Positions 20,928 through 32,075 of a stretch of 58,544 nucleotides of DNA are shown piece by piece (position 1 is the first letter of the stretch; each line of letters starts with the position of its first letter). The position numbers were made by a program, and so were the translations under genes. The notes beneath the pieces were generated by a model that had not been told where the DNA came from, made no database searches, and saw nothing but the letters and a program-made list of their open reading frames with translations. Source of the DNA: an uncultured Chthonomonadaceae bacterium. Its GTDB lineage: Bacteria; Armatimonadota; Chthonomonadetes; Chthonomonadales; Chthonomonadaceae. Location of the stretch: positions 1 to 58,544 of the forward strand of contig CAWIEK010000064.1 of the NCBI GenBank assembly GCA_963835065.1. Direction: 5' to 3'.

Positions 20928-21713
20928 TTGATTAAAATTACCAAGCCGGCAACACCCCCTTTGATTTTGACTACTGCCGGACGCCGTAAATGTACTGCTT
21001 TGTGTGAGGAGTACACGCGCTTTGTGAACAGCGTTCCCCTTGCAACCTTGGAGTTGAATTTTGATGCTGCCGTTTACGGGCATCCAGAGGTAAAGCAAGC
21101 CTTAATAGACGCGCAGCACGAGAAATGTTGCTTTTGTGAGAGCAAGGTTGGCGAAGAAGGAGACATTGAGCATTTTCGTCCCAAAGCCGCTTTTCGGCAA
21201 GGCGCAGACTTGCCATTGGAGAAACCGGGTTACTACTGGCTTGTTTATGAGTGGGACAATCTGCTTCTCTGCTGTTCTCCCTGTAATCAGCGGCATAAAA
21301 AGAACCTGTTTCCGTTGGCTGACCCGAATACAAGAGCAAGATCGCATAACGATTCCATAGCAGTGGAAGAGCCATTATTCATCCATCCCGCTCATGTTGA
21401 TCCAACGCGGCACATATCCTTCCATAAAGAAGTTGCTTTTAGTGTCAATAACAGCAGGCAGGGCGAACAAACGATCAATGCTCTGAAATTGAATAGGAAG
21501 ATATTGAAGGAGAAACGCTTTAAATGCTTGAAGAATTTAGTGCTGATGCGCCAGATACTCGGTATGCAAGACGAATTCTCCAACAACGCAGAAGGGTTGG
21601 AGATTCTCAGGGAAGCGGCTCAAATTTTAGAAGAGGCGGTTACAGATGCGGCGGAATATACGGCAATGGCGCGAGTTGCCGCGCAATCGGACTTTCGTAT
21701 ACCGTTACCATGA
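20928..21713 (+). CDS. ptuB: HNH endonuclease, Septu PtuB-like
   Basis: KCCFCES...IEHFRPK...YEWDNLLLCCSPCNQRHK. Confidence 0.8.
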   Translation: MIKITKPATPPLILTTAGRRKCTALCEEYTRFVNSVPLATLELNFDAAVYGHPEVKQALIDAQHEKCCFCESKVGEEGDIEHFRPKAAFRQGADLPLEKPGYYWLVYEWDNLLLCCSPCNQRHKKNLFPLADPNTRARSHNDSIAVEEPLFIHPAHVDPTRHISFHKEVAFSVNNSRQGEQTINALKLNRKILKEKRFKCLKNLVLMRQILGMQDEFSNNAEGLEILREAAQILEEAVTDAAEYTAMARVAAQSDFRIPLP

Positions 21714-21829
21714 AAAGCCGAAATCGACGTTATCCTGTAACTGACGTCCCTTTGTTCTTTGCCGCGCAAGATGGCGACATGGTTACAGTGAAACGGGTTG
21801 GACGCGCTGCCAACAGGCAGTTATTGTAA
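21710..21829 (+). pseudogene. Ankyrin-repeat gene remnant
   Basis: ATG overlaps the ptuB stop (ATGA); PLFFAAQDGDMVTVKR resembles a single ankyrin repeat, then the ORF ends. Confidence 0.3.
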
Positions 21830-21892
21830 CATTATTTGCAGAAACGTAAATTCAGTGCAGCAGACGGCGCTTGAGGAAGCGAGTGACGAACG

Positions 21893-22825
21893 ATGCGACT
21901 ATTTGGATTGGGCGGAACGCCGGAAGATGAGGCGGTCAAGCAGCGGCGCGAGGCGAGCGAACGCTCCATTGCGCAGGGCGGCTTGCCGCTCAATGCTATT
22001 GACCGCCTGCGCGAACAAAAGGGACGGCAAAATACGCCCGGTCACATCTTCACCAGTGACCTGAGCGTCAACGAATTGACGCTGGTGCATCAGGCGGGGT
22101 ATGAGCCGCTCGGCCAGGTGATGGGCAGCAGCGTGTACCATGTCGGCTGGCAGTGGATGCCGTATTCAAGCTGGAACTCCGGCGAACTGACCACGCTGAC
22201 GCAGGCGTTTTACGAGGCGCGGCATCTGGCGCTTGGACGCTTGTATCAGGAAGCGGCCCTGCTTGGCGCAACCGGGGTCGTCGGCGTCCGACTGGAAAAG
22301 CGCGAGTACGAGTGGGGTTCGTCCCTGCTGGAATTTGCCGCGATTGGCACGGCCATCCGCGAGATAGATGTGCCGCCGCCCCCGGACGGAACCGCGAAAC
22401 CGTTTCTCAGCGATCTGAGCGGCGAAGAGTTCTGGATGCTGCGCCAAACCGGGTTCCGGCCTGTCGGCGTCGCCATCGGCAACTGCACGTACTATCAGGT
22501 TCCCTCGTGGAACACGCAGTTGGCGACAACGGGCGGCTGGCTCAGTGGCGGCTGGAACAATCAGGAATTGCCCGATTACACGCAGGCGTTGTACAACGCC
22601 CGCTCACTCGCCATGAGCCGCATGGAACACGAGGCGCGGCAGTTCAGCGCGGTCGGCATCGTGGGCGCAAACGTGGAAATAGACAGCGAACCCCGCGAAG
22701 TCGAAGTCAACAACAGCCATCGCACCGACATGATTTTCCACTACACCGCCATCGGCACGGCCATTGCCCCCTATACGGGACGCTGGCCGATTTTTAAGGT
22801 GATGAATACTGTTTCGTTGAAGTAG
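21893..22825 (+). CDS. Tandem YbjQ-like (putative heavy-metal-binding) domain protein
   Basis: FTSDLSVNE...PLGQVMGSSVYHVG, ALGRLYQEAALLGATGVVGV and AIGTA, duplicated. Confidence 0.85.
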   Translation: MRLFGLGGTPEDEAVKQRREASERSIAQGGLPLNAIDRLREQKGRQNTPGHIFTSDLSVNELTLVHQAGYEPLGQVMGSSVYHVGWQWMPYSSWNSGELTTLTQAFYEARHLALGRLYQEAALLGATGVVGVRLEKREYEWGSSLLEFAAIGTAIREIDVPPPPDGTAKPFLSDLSGEEFWMLRQTGFRPVGVAIGNCTYYQVPSWNTQLATTGGWLSGGWNNQELPDYTQALYNARSLAMSRMEHEARQFSAVGIVGANVEIDSEPREVEVNNSHRTDMIFHYTAIGTAIAPYTGRWPIFKVMNTVSLK

Positions 22826-22956
22826 TGAGTAGTGAGTAGTCAGTAGTCAGTAGAAATGCCGCTTTACTCCTATCTATGCGCCATAGTACAGTTTACAAGA
22901 ACGGGTTTTCTACTGACTACTCACTACTCACTACTCACTACTTCGGGAGAATTTCC

Positions 22957-23778
22957 ATGCCCTACACACCCGGTTCCGAAGAAGGATTGCCCCAGGCGGC
23001 GCGGCAGCGGCTGGCCGATATGCGCGGCGGCAGTGGCAAGCGCCCGCTGTTTACCAGTGATTTATCGGTCAATGAGTTTTTGCTGGTGCGCGAGGCCGGG
23101 TTCGACCCCGTTGGCCTTGTCATGGGCAGCAGCATATATCACATCGGCTTTCAGTTCGCCAACTTTTTCCAGAATCAGGAAATGACGGTTTTGACGCAGG
23201 CGATGTACCATGCCCGCGAACTGGCAATGACGCGCATGGAGGAAGAAGCCGACATTTTGGGCGCGGACGGCGTGGTAGGCGTCCGTTTGGAAGTAACGCG
23301 CTACGAGTGGGGCGAACATCTGGCGGAATTTATGGCAATCGGCACGGCCATCAAGCACCGCACGGGCGACCATTACCGCACCCACGACAACCGCCCGTTC
23401 ACGTCCGACCTGAACGGACAGGATTTCTGGACCTTGCTGCGGGCGGGCTATCGGCCCGTTTCAATGGTCATGGGAACGTGCGTGTACCATGTGGCGCATC
23501 GGGGCTTGATGCAGTCGCTGCAGCAGGCGGGCCGCAACACGGAAATGCAGAATTACACGCAGGCGCTTTACGATGCCCGCGAATTGTCCCTGTCGCGGAT
23601 GCAGGCCGAAGCCGAGTCGGAAAACGCGGAGGGTATTGTGGGCGCGCAGGTGAAGGAAAGCAGTCACGGATGGGGCAGCCATGTGATCGAATACTTTGCG
23701 GTCGGCACAGCCGTTACGTCCATTTCCGACAAGCATCAGATCGAAACGCCCACGCTGATTTTGCCGTTGACGGGGTAG
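22957..23778 (+). CDS. Tandem YbjQ-like domain protein (paralogue)
   Basis: FTSDLSVNEF...GLVMGSSIYHIG, ARELAMTRMEEEA...GADGVVGV; GGAG RBS. Confidence 0.88.
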   Translation: MPYTPGSEEGLPQAARQRLADMRGGSGKRPLFTSDLSVNEFLLVREAGFDPVGLVMGSSIYHIGFQFANFFQNQEMTVLTQAMYHARELAMTRMEEEADILGADGVVGVRLEVTRYEWGEHLAEFMAIGTAIKHRTGDHYRTHDNRPFTSDLNGQDFWTLLRAGYRPVSMVMGTCVYHVAHRGLMQSLQQAGRNTEMQNYTQALYDARELSLSRMQAEAESENAEGIVGAQVKESSHGWGSHVIEYFAVGTAVTSISDKHQIETPTLILPLTG

Positions 23779-23831
23779 ATAGTTGATAGTTGATAGTTTG
23801 TAGTTGATAGACTCGAAGGGCAACGCTTCTT

Positions 23832-25925
23832 TTGACAACCTCAGATACGGACAATCTTTTGCTGCGTAATCCCAATATTTCCACAAAACAATTGGTCGGA
23901 GGTTTGGCGAACCAGCAAAAAAATTTACCCCTTAAATGCCGGTCACGCGCCAATTTGCGAACACAGGCGGCTGCGACAAACGCCGCCCTGAGTTTACTGG
24001 CCGCTTCCCTGTTCGCGCCGCAGAGGGTGCGCGCCGATGAAAGCGCCCGTTTCCATACGATGCTTCCTCTTTCCGCGTTGTCGGCGCTCTTTGCAATCCC
24101 GGAGCGTCGCGCATCACCTGTCGGTGCAAACGTGCAAGCCGGGGAAGCCGACAATTCGGATGCCGAGCAAGTGTTGTTGCTGGATGACGCCGACGATGAG
24201 GGCGGAAAGACGGTGATTGCCGTGCGCAATCATCAGGGCGTACCGTCTTCCACTCAAAGCGCAAAAGCAAGCGCGGATACTACAACAGACTCCGCCGCTC
24301 CGCCGCGCATTATCGGGCCGTTCGCCATAGACAAAATGGGAGGCTTCCAAATTGGTGGCAGCACAGGCATACTGTCATTGTATGGGGGAGTCCGCCTGAC
24401 CTACACGGCTGCGGGCGCTAAAACCACGACCACGCTCAACGCCGAAAGCGCCGAATATGATCCAAAGACGGGACTGCTCACGGCGCATAACGGGGCGCGT
24501 CTTGACCGTCCCGACGGCAGTTTCATCGCTCAGGAACTCACATTTAATGTGGTTACTAATGCCGGTTTTGCTGTCAACGCCATTGCCGAATCCGACTATT
24601 TCCGTATGCGTGGCGACCGCATCGAAGCTAACGCGGACGGCACGTATACGGTGGAAAACGGCGTGTTCACCACTTGTATCCGGGGCCGTCCCGATTACCA
24701 GATACGCGCCAAACGGCTTACCATACATCCGAACCGCTTTGTGACGGCATCGGGCGTCACGCCTTATGCGGGGCCGACAAAACTGATTACCCTGCCGAGT
24801 CTGCGCCGCAATCTGAACAGTAAAAGCGAGTTTCTGGCCGCCACGCCCGGTTACAACAAAAGCGAGGGCATCTTTGCGCGCGTCCATGACACGCCCATTC
24901 TGGAGTCGCGCCGCAGTTTGGAGTTTGACGGCCATGTTGATTTTCGCCGCTTGCCATCCGGCTTTGTGGCCTATGAGTTCGACCTGAAGCCGCCCGCGCT
25001 CAAATCGCCCCCGCCCCGCTCCCTGCGGCAAACCTTGTCCGACCCTCTGCACGGATTTTTGGAACAATTGACGCCGCCCACGTACCGCGAATATGCCGAA
25101 GACCGCTATGAGGATGAGTTCACGCCCCGCATGACCGCGGGAGCCATTCTGCAAAACGACCAGTACGTGTACAACCGGCGGCGCACTGATCTGCGCGTGT
25201 CCCGCTTTCCCGAATTCAATTTGCGGCTTGTCAATGTCTTGGGACACGCCCGCGACGCGCAACCGGATTTGCAAGGCCCGCGCAATGCCGACGGCACACC
25301 CACTGCGCCGGGCGGAGCCACCATCAACACGCTCCTGCAGCGCGCGTCCAGCGCGCCGTTTCTGCTGGACTTCAACCTCGAAGCGGGCGGCGTTACGGAA
25401 TATCCTACCCGCGTCACATCGGGCAAATTAGGGCTGACAACCACTGCCGCTACACAGCCGATTTTGCTCGGCAGGCGACTGTCCCTGCGCTTCGGCGTCA
25501 CGGACTGGCTCAACGCTTATTCCACAGGCAGCCTGTACAACCTGTTTTCGCCCGAAACGGAATTGGATTACCTGCCCACTTCGACCACGCGCCTCGGTAT
25601 AGCGTACCGCTTTACCGATGATCTGGGCCGTACCCCTTTTGCCTTCGACCATCTGGACGTGCGCCACGAACTCCGCTTATTGCTGCAAACGGGTGGACCC
25701 TACGCCTTCGGCGTGGAAAGCAAATTCGATCTGGAGCGCTCGCGCGCTTATGACAGCGAACTCGCCTTCCTGCGCAATTTCGACTGTATGCAGGTGGGAA
25801 TCGCGTACCGCCTGCGCACCCAGCAGTTCAGCCTGATCTTCAACCTCCTGCCGCCCGTCCGTGACCGCGCCACCCGCCGCGCCGCGCCCCTGCAAGGTCT
25901 GCCCGGCAGCCGACCTCCAGGGTAA
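23832..25925 (+). CDS. LptD/OstA-like outer-membrane assembly protein (start uncertain)
   Basis: Beta-jellyroll region (LNAESAEYD...FTTC..PDYQIRAKRL) followed by alternating beta-strand C-terminus. Confidence 0.6.
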   Translation: MTTSDTDNLLLRNPNISTKQLVGGLANQQKNLPLKCRSRANLRTQAAATNAALSLLAASLFAPQRVRADESARFHTMLPLSALSALFAIPERRASPVGANVQAGEADNSDAEQVLLLDDADDEGGKTVIAVRNHQGVPSSTQSAKASADTTTDSAAPPRIIGPFAIDKMGGFQIGGSTGILSLYGGVRLTYTAAGAKTTTTLNAESAEYDPKTGLLTAHNGARLDRPDGSFIAQELTFNVVTNAGFAVNAIAESDYFRMRGDRIEANADGTYTVENGVFTTCIRGRPDYQIRAKRLTIHPNRFVTASGVTPYAGPTKLITLPSLRRNLNSKSEFLAATPGYNKSEGIFARVHDTPILESRRSLEFDGHVDFRRLPSGFVAYEFDLKPPALKSPPPRSLRQTLSDPLHGFLEQLTPPTYREYAEDRYEDEFTPRMTAGAILQNDQYVYNRRRTDLRVSRFPEFNLRLVNVLGHARDAQPDLQGPRNADGTPTAPGGATINTLLQRASSAPFLLDFNLEAGGVTEYPTRVTSGKLGLTTTAATQPILLGRRLSLRFGVTDWLNAYSTGSLYNLFSPETELDYLPTSTTRLGIAYRFTDDLGRTPFAFDHLDVRHELRLLLQTGGPYAFGVESKFDLERSRAYDSELAFLRNFDCMQVGIAYRLRTQQFSLIFNLLPPVRDRATRRAAPLQGLPGSRPPG

Positions 25926-26047
25926 GAGGGGGGAGAGGAGAAGAGGAGAAGAGGAGAGGGAACCGCTTTCCTCTTCTTTTCGTTTAGTTCGCGTCTTTCG
26001 CGGTTCCTTGTCTCCTTTTCTTCTCTTCTTCTTTTCTTCTTTTCTGT

Positions 26048-28509
26048 TCAAATCAGCGTGTACCAGAGGAAATAGAGGCAGGTTACGCCTGCCAGAATCG
26101 CGGCTGTGACCACGCCGGAGTCTTTGAACAGCAGGGCAGACAGGAGGGTTACGGCGAGGGCGGGCAGGCTTTGACGCAGGTAGGGGCGCGTCGTCAGCAT
26201 ATTCAGGACGGCTTTGCCTAACCAAACGCGCATCAGCGCCGCGAGAACAATGACCAAACTTGCGCCGAGCAGAAAGAACGGCGTCGTGAGCAGATGCAGG
26301 TTCATGCCCACTTTGCGGGTCATGATTTCAATGAAGTAGCCTGCGCCCCGGCCACTCCCTGCCGCATGGAGAACATTGCCCGCATGGGAAGCCTGCGAAC
26401 CGAACAGGGCCGCGTCCAATGCGCCGAACGCAAACGACAGCGCAATTCCACTCAACAGGCACACAATTACAACTCCAAACGTAATCCGCTTCCCCAACAA
26501 ACTCCACGCCCCAACCCCGAACCCCGCCCCCGTGACAATCAGACTGCCCGCATTAGCCCCCAACGAAGGCCACCCGAACAGCGCCATCAATGCCAGCCAA
26601 AGAAGTATTATGATTTTCGATTTTCGATTTTCGATTTTCGATTTCTGCTGCGCAGTTAGCGTAACGGACGCAGACGGCGCGGCGGGCATAGTTGCTGTAC
26701 CGGACGCCATTGGCGGATTGGGCGTAGTTGGTATATCGGGCGCAATGAATTGCGCCCCTACATCTTTTGCCTCCAATTTTTCCTTTTCGTCTTTTTCTCC
26801 TTTTTGTTTATTTCGTGTGTTTCGCGGTTCCCCACTCTCCTCTTCTTCTTTTCTTCCCTCACCTATCCACGCGAAGCCGCCGAGCAGCGCGTAGCCCAAT
26901 CCAATGCCCAAATACTCGTTGCCGATGCCGTAGTAGCGGATGCCGGACAGGGCGTAGGTACTCCAGAGTGAATCTTTGATTAATTGCTGGCCGCGGCACA
27001 GGTCAACGACAATCAGGATTAGTCCTATCAGGCCGCAGGCGACGGGGGGAGACACGCGCAGCAGGCGGGACAGCGCGTAACTGAAGGCCGTCAGGATTGC
27101 CATCCATGCGAGGATGCGCAGGCCGTATTCCAGAAGTGTCGGCGGGATTTTAATGGTTGCGAGGAGGAAACCGAGGGGCAGGGATTGGGTGAAGACAATG
27201 CCGGGAAGGAACCATCGGGCGGCCTGTGTTCCCCGCAGCCGATACGCGAACACGCTTGCCAGCGCGAGCGCAAAGCACAGCCCGCTAATCGGCATGGCAA
27301 CGCGCGTCAGGGCTTGCGCGTTCAGCGTGGGAACGTAATCCAAGCGGGCAACGGCGGGAAGGACAGCCTCACTGCCGCCCGGAACCGTCAGCGTCTGCAT
27401 CGCGCGTCCCGTCATGGTGGCAGGGAGGGGAATACCCAGCGCGTGAAGGAGGGATGGGGCAATGTCCGTGTTGGAAACGAGGCCAGCCGTGCGCGTGGTC
27501 GGGGAAGCCAGCAGACCGGGCGAAAAGTGGGGGCCAAGCGCGAGGATGGGCGTTAATTGCTCCCATGTTTCCCCGGTTGCAGCGGAGGCCGTCACGGTTG
27601 AGGCAGACTGTTCGGCTTGCGCAGCGGGCGGGCAGGGCGAGACGAGCAGTACATCTACGGTTTCGGTATCCAGATGCCGAATAGCAAGCAGTTGCAGCAG
27701 AAACCCGTCGAAACGGCTTAACGCTTCCTGCCGGGCAGTGTGGTAGGCGGCAGGAGTCAGCCGCGCCCGCAATGCCTCAACCCGCGCCAGATCGCCAAGC
27801 ACAGCGACAAACACGTCCGCATCCGTTGTCGCGCCATACCGCGCCAGCGTATTGATGTCATCCGTGACGCCGAACGGCTTGCTCTTGTCCGGCAGCAGCA
27901 GCGCCACATCGCCCGTCGCCGTACCCTGCGCATCTATCGCCAATAATGCGCCGCGCCGTTGCCGCATATCCGTATCCGCGTTGCCGCAGATTAATATACG
28001 CCGTAACGGGCTTGCCTGCGCCAGAACCGCGCCCAACCCCTGCCCAATCAAGCCCCGCCGCGTCAGCGCAGCAACGTTCAAATGGACAACGGTTCGGCCT
28101 GTCGGCACATCCGCGCCCACGCGCCGCCGATACACAACCCCGCCCGTTCCCGCCTCCTCCCCAACGGCTTCCCCACTGTTGACCGCCTGCTCATCTCCCG
28201 CTGCCGACGCCGCCAACTGCCCCTGCGCCAATGCCAGCATCGCTGAAGTCGCATTCTTCGGCCCCGCGACCGCCGTGTTCATCAGGCCAATCGCACAGCG
28301 GTTCTGCTGCATCAAACTGAGCAGAAACGGACACCCGGCGTTCACATCCTCCCACGTCAGCCGCTCACACACCACGACCACGATGCGCGCCTGCGCCCTC
28401 GCCGGACAGCACACCGCAAACCAGAGGAGGAGTAAAACCACGGGGAACACGGGGGACACGGGGAGGAGAGGGGGAGGGGAGATAGGGCAAACAGAAGTAC
28501 AAACGGGCA
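26048..28509 (-). CDS. Polytopic membrane protein with N-terminal alkaline-phosphatase-like domain (start uncertain)
   Basis: STTRTAGLVSNTDIAP-type segment, GIRYYGIGNEY, LGANAG and KDSGV; many TM helices; repeat-derived insert at about 26610-26860. Confidence 0.65.
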
Positions 28510-28662
28510 TATTGCCCCTGTTTGTCGTTGTGATCTGTGTTAATCCCCGTAATCTACGGCTGTGTTGTTTCCCTCTCACTCGCTTTTCTCCGTGTTCTCC
28601 GTGACCTCCGTGGTTCTATTCTCTCCCCTTCTCCTCCCCGTGTCCCCCGTGTTCCCCGTGGT

Positions 28663-31424
28663 TTACTTCAACTGTGTCTTGATGAGGTCTGGTACCGCGT
28701 CGAGGGCGTCCTGCAATTTGCCGGGGTCGCGCCCGCCTGCCTGCGCGAAGTCGGGACGCCCGCCGCCCCCGCCCCCCGCGATTTTCGCCACTTCGCGTAC
28801 CAGATTACCCGCATGAATTCCCCTGCCGTTCAGGTCTTTGGTGACTTTGGCGGTAAAGGCGGCTTTGCCGTCGTTGATTCCGCCGATGACCACAACCGCG
28901 CTGCCCAATTTTTGCGCGGTGCGGTCGGCAAGGTTGGCGATGGTTTCCGCATCGGCGTTGTCCATGCGGTGAATGACGACGGCGATGCCGCCAACGTCCT
29001 GCGGCGTCAGTTCGGTTTGCGCGGACTCGCCGGACTTCAGTTGACGGTTCTGCTTTTCTAGTTCCTGACGTTGCTGCACCAGCCGTTCCGCCGCCGTCAC
29101 TAAGTCATTGGGGTTGGACTTGAGCAGAACTGCCAGTTGCGCCAATTTTTGCTCCTGTTCGCGGAGGTAGTTGTAAACGCCGTTCCCGGTAATCGCTTCA
29201 ATACGCCGAACGCCGGAACTGGCTCCTGTTTCCCGCGTGATTTTGAACAGCCCGACTTCCGACGTATTGCGCAAATGCGTTCCGCCGCACAGTTCCAGAC
29301 TAAAATCAGGAATTTCAACGGTGCGAACGCGATCCCCGTATTTCTCCCCGAACAGCGCCATTGCGCCCCGGCTTCGCGCTTCGTCAATCGGCACATCCGT
29401 TTGGATGCGCACTTCCGTATTTTTCAGAATTTGCGCATTGACAAGCTCTTCCACCTGCCGCAGTTCTTCGGCGGTTAATGGCTGCGAGTGCGTAAAGTCG
29501 AAACGCAAGCCCGCCGCGTTGACAAGCGAGCCTTTCTGATGCACATGCCCGCCCAAGACTTGCCGCAAAGCCGCTTGCAGCAGGTGCGTGGCGGTATGGT
29601 TGCGCTCCGTGTCCCGGCGGCGTGAATTGTCAACCGTTGCTTGAACCGTTTGGCCAACTGCAACTTCGCCTTCCAGCACTTTGCCCGTATGAAGATAGAC
29701 TGCCGATCGGGTTCTTTTTGGTGTCGGTGATTTCGATTTTTAGCGCACAGGTAACATTTCCTGCGGGAGCCGTCAAGTAACCAGTATCACCTACCTGCCC
29801 GCCCGCCTCAGCGTAGAAACGGAGTTGGATCTAGAAGAGATTGAATACTTCCTCACCGGCTTGCGGCACTTGATTGCCCGCTTCGCTGTAAGCACAGGCG
29901 TAATCGCCACCACCTTTACAGGCACAGAAACTTCGGCCTGATCGTAGCCGACAAACTGAGTTGGGGAAATGCGCCTGTTCAGTTCGGTAAATTGCCAGAC
30001 ATCTCGCTTTCAAGACTAATGCTCAACCAGTGGGTGCCGAACACGTTCTTTCGAAATGTTGCTGCCTGCCCGTGAACGGCTGCGTTGATCTTCCAGCGCT
30101 TTGCCGTAGCCTTCCGTGTCTACGGTGACGCCGTGTTCGCGGGCCAGTTCTTCGGTGAGTTGGAAGGGGAAGCCATACGTGTCGTAAAGCATGAAAGCGT
30201 CCGCGCCGGGGAGTACGCGCGTTTCCTGCACCGTGCCCGCTTCGAGCATCTGGTTCAGCAGGCGGATGCCGTTGTCGAGCGTGCGGCGGAAGCGCTTTTC
30301 CTCGTCCTGAATGGCGTTGAGAATCAGTTCGCGCCGTTCCTTCAGTTCCGAATAAAAGCCGCCCATTTGCTCAATGATGATCGGCGCGACGAGATGCAGA
30401 AACGGCTCTTCAAAGCCCAGTACCGTTTTGCCGTAGCGGATGGCGCGGCGCATCAGGTAGCGCAGCACGTAATCGCGCCCCTCATTGCCCGGCTGTATCC
30501 CGTCCGCAATGCAGAACACCATCGAGCGCGTATGCTCGGCCACAACCCGGAACGCGAAATCCGTTGGCGACGCGCTGCTCGTGTAGGTTTTGCCGGAAAT
30601 TGCTCGATTGCCTGCAAAATGGGGCCGAACAGATCGGTTTCAAACACAGACGTTTTGCCCTGCGATACATACGCGACGCGATCCAGGCCGCCGCCCGTAT
30701 CATTGTTTTTGCGCGGCAGGGGCGTCAGAACGGGCTTGCCGTTTTCGTCCTCGCCCCGGTCAAACTGCGTGAAAACGTTGTTCCAGATTTCCGTACATCG
30801 TCCCGCCTCGTCGTCAATCAGGTAGCGATCCGTCGGAGAAAGCGCCGGATCACTCGTCATTTCCTCGACGGGAACCACGCGATAGAAAATCTCCGAACAG
30901 GGGCCGCACGGTCCGTTCGGGCCTTCCGAAATGGCTTTTGCGGGCCAGTAGTTTTTGTCTTCGCCAAGCCGGTGAATACGGTCATCCGGCAGGCCGATAA
31001 CGTCATGCCACAAACGGTACGCCTCGTCGTCATCAATATAAACGGTCACGCACAGCCGTTCCGCATCCAGCCCGACGACCTGAGTAAGAAACTCCCACGT
31101 CCAGGGAATCACTTCGGCCTTGAAGTAATCGCCGAAACTAAAGTTGCCGAGCATTTCAAAAAACGTGCAGTGCGAAAAGTCGCCCACCTCGTCAATGTCC
31201 TTGACGCGCAGGCATTTTTGCACAGTTGTCACGCGGGTTCGCGGCGGCGTGGCCGCGCCCGTAAAATAGGGCTTGAACTGCTGCATCCCCGACCCCGTAA
31301 ACAGAGTCGAGTTGTCGGCATTGCCCAGCGCGTCTACGGGAATCAGGGACGCGGAAGGCAATTGTAAATGCCCGCGTTCTTTGAAAAATTCGAGGTACTT
31401 TTGACGTATTTCATGCGCCTGCAT
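28663..31424 (-). CDS. alaS: Alanine--tRNA ligase (several frameshifts, probably assembly errors)
   Basis: GMQQFKPYF, TFFEMLGNFSFGDYFK, GPCGPCSEI, LYDTYGFP, NHTATHLL, ALFGEKYG, ELCGGTH and GGGRPDFAQAGG spread over at least 4 frames. Confidence 0.97.
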
Positions 31425-31561
31425 AATCGCTTGTCGCTCCAATAGGGATTCAGCGCCACATATAAGTTTTGAGAGTGGTGTCTGTGCTTGCTTTGACAGT
31501 AAAACCGCTGCTATAGTATACAGCAAAACCGCCTGCGGTAACGTCGTCGGGGATAGTAGGG

Positions 31562-32022
31562 CAGGGTTGGCGCATCTAAACGGAAAAAAAGAGTATGTAG
31601 AGACAGCGTCGAAATCTTGGCAATGCAGCGCTTCCAGCCCAGTGTCTCGTTGTGTCAAGTTGTAATAAGAAGAGGCGTCGTGACCTCAGCAGCGTCAGGG
31701 CGAACGGGGAGAGTATACAGGCATCTTCCAGCACCTCCCTTCCAGGTTAGATGTTGAGAGTTCTTGTTCCTTGTTGCGAGGAACTCGGAACTTTCAACGT
31801 CCCGCCACCTGGCTGATTAGCCATCTAGTTAGTAGACGTGTGTATACTTAGACGAGGCAGATGCAGGGAAGGTTCGTTATTTCTGCTATTTAGGCAGAAA
31901 TGTTTCTACTTTTTTGCGCGTTCTTTTTGGATTGGGCAACCCGGAGGCGGGAGCAGGCGCATTACAGGGGCGAATGACCTACAGCGGGATACGTGTTGAG
32001 CATTTTAGATGCGCCAGCCCTG
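31562..32022 (+). mobile_element. Non-autonomous ISAs1-type element (internal deletion derivative)
   Basis: 19-bp TIRs CAGGG(T/C)TGGCGCATCTAAA at 31562-31580 and 32004-32022; exact 10-bp direct repeat GATAGTAGGG at 31552-31561 and 32023-32032; right end reads VLSILDAPAL, like ISAs1 transposase C-termini. Confidence 0.85.
31589..31901 (+). ncRNA. Putative structured ncRNA / mobile non-coding element, copy 1
   Basis: High similarity to 53311-53532, several stems with compensatory or G-U changes, an extra long hairpin, and a terminal ATTTCTGC/GCAGAAAT hairpin followed by a T-rich run. Strand is inferred. Confidence 0.6.
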
Positions 32023-32075
32023 GATAGTAGGGATACAAACACGCTTTGATAGAGGAAGAATAGGAGGAGGCGGAA

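Noticed and set aside
19466..21713. Retron (Ec78-type) system
   Set aside because: No reverse transcriptase or msr/msd region adjacent.
31425..31900. T-box leader upstream of alaS
   Set aside because: No GGTGGxACCGCG T-box sequence on the minus strand. The structured region recurs at 53311 away from any synthetase and lies inside IS ends.
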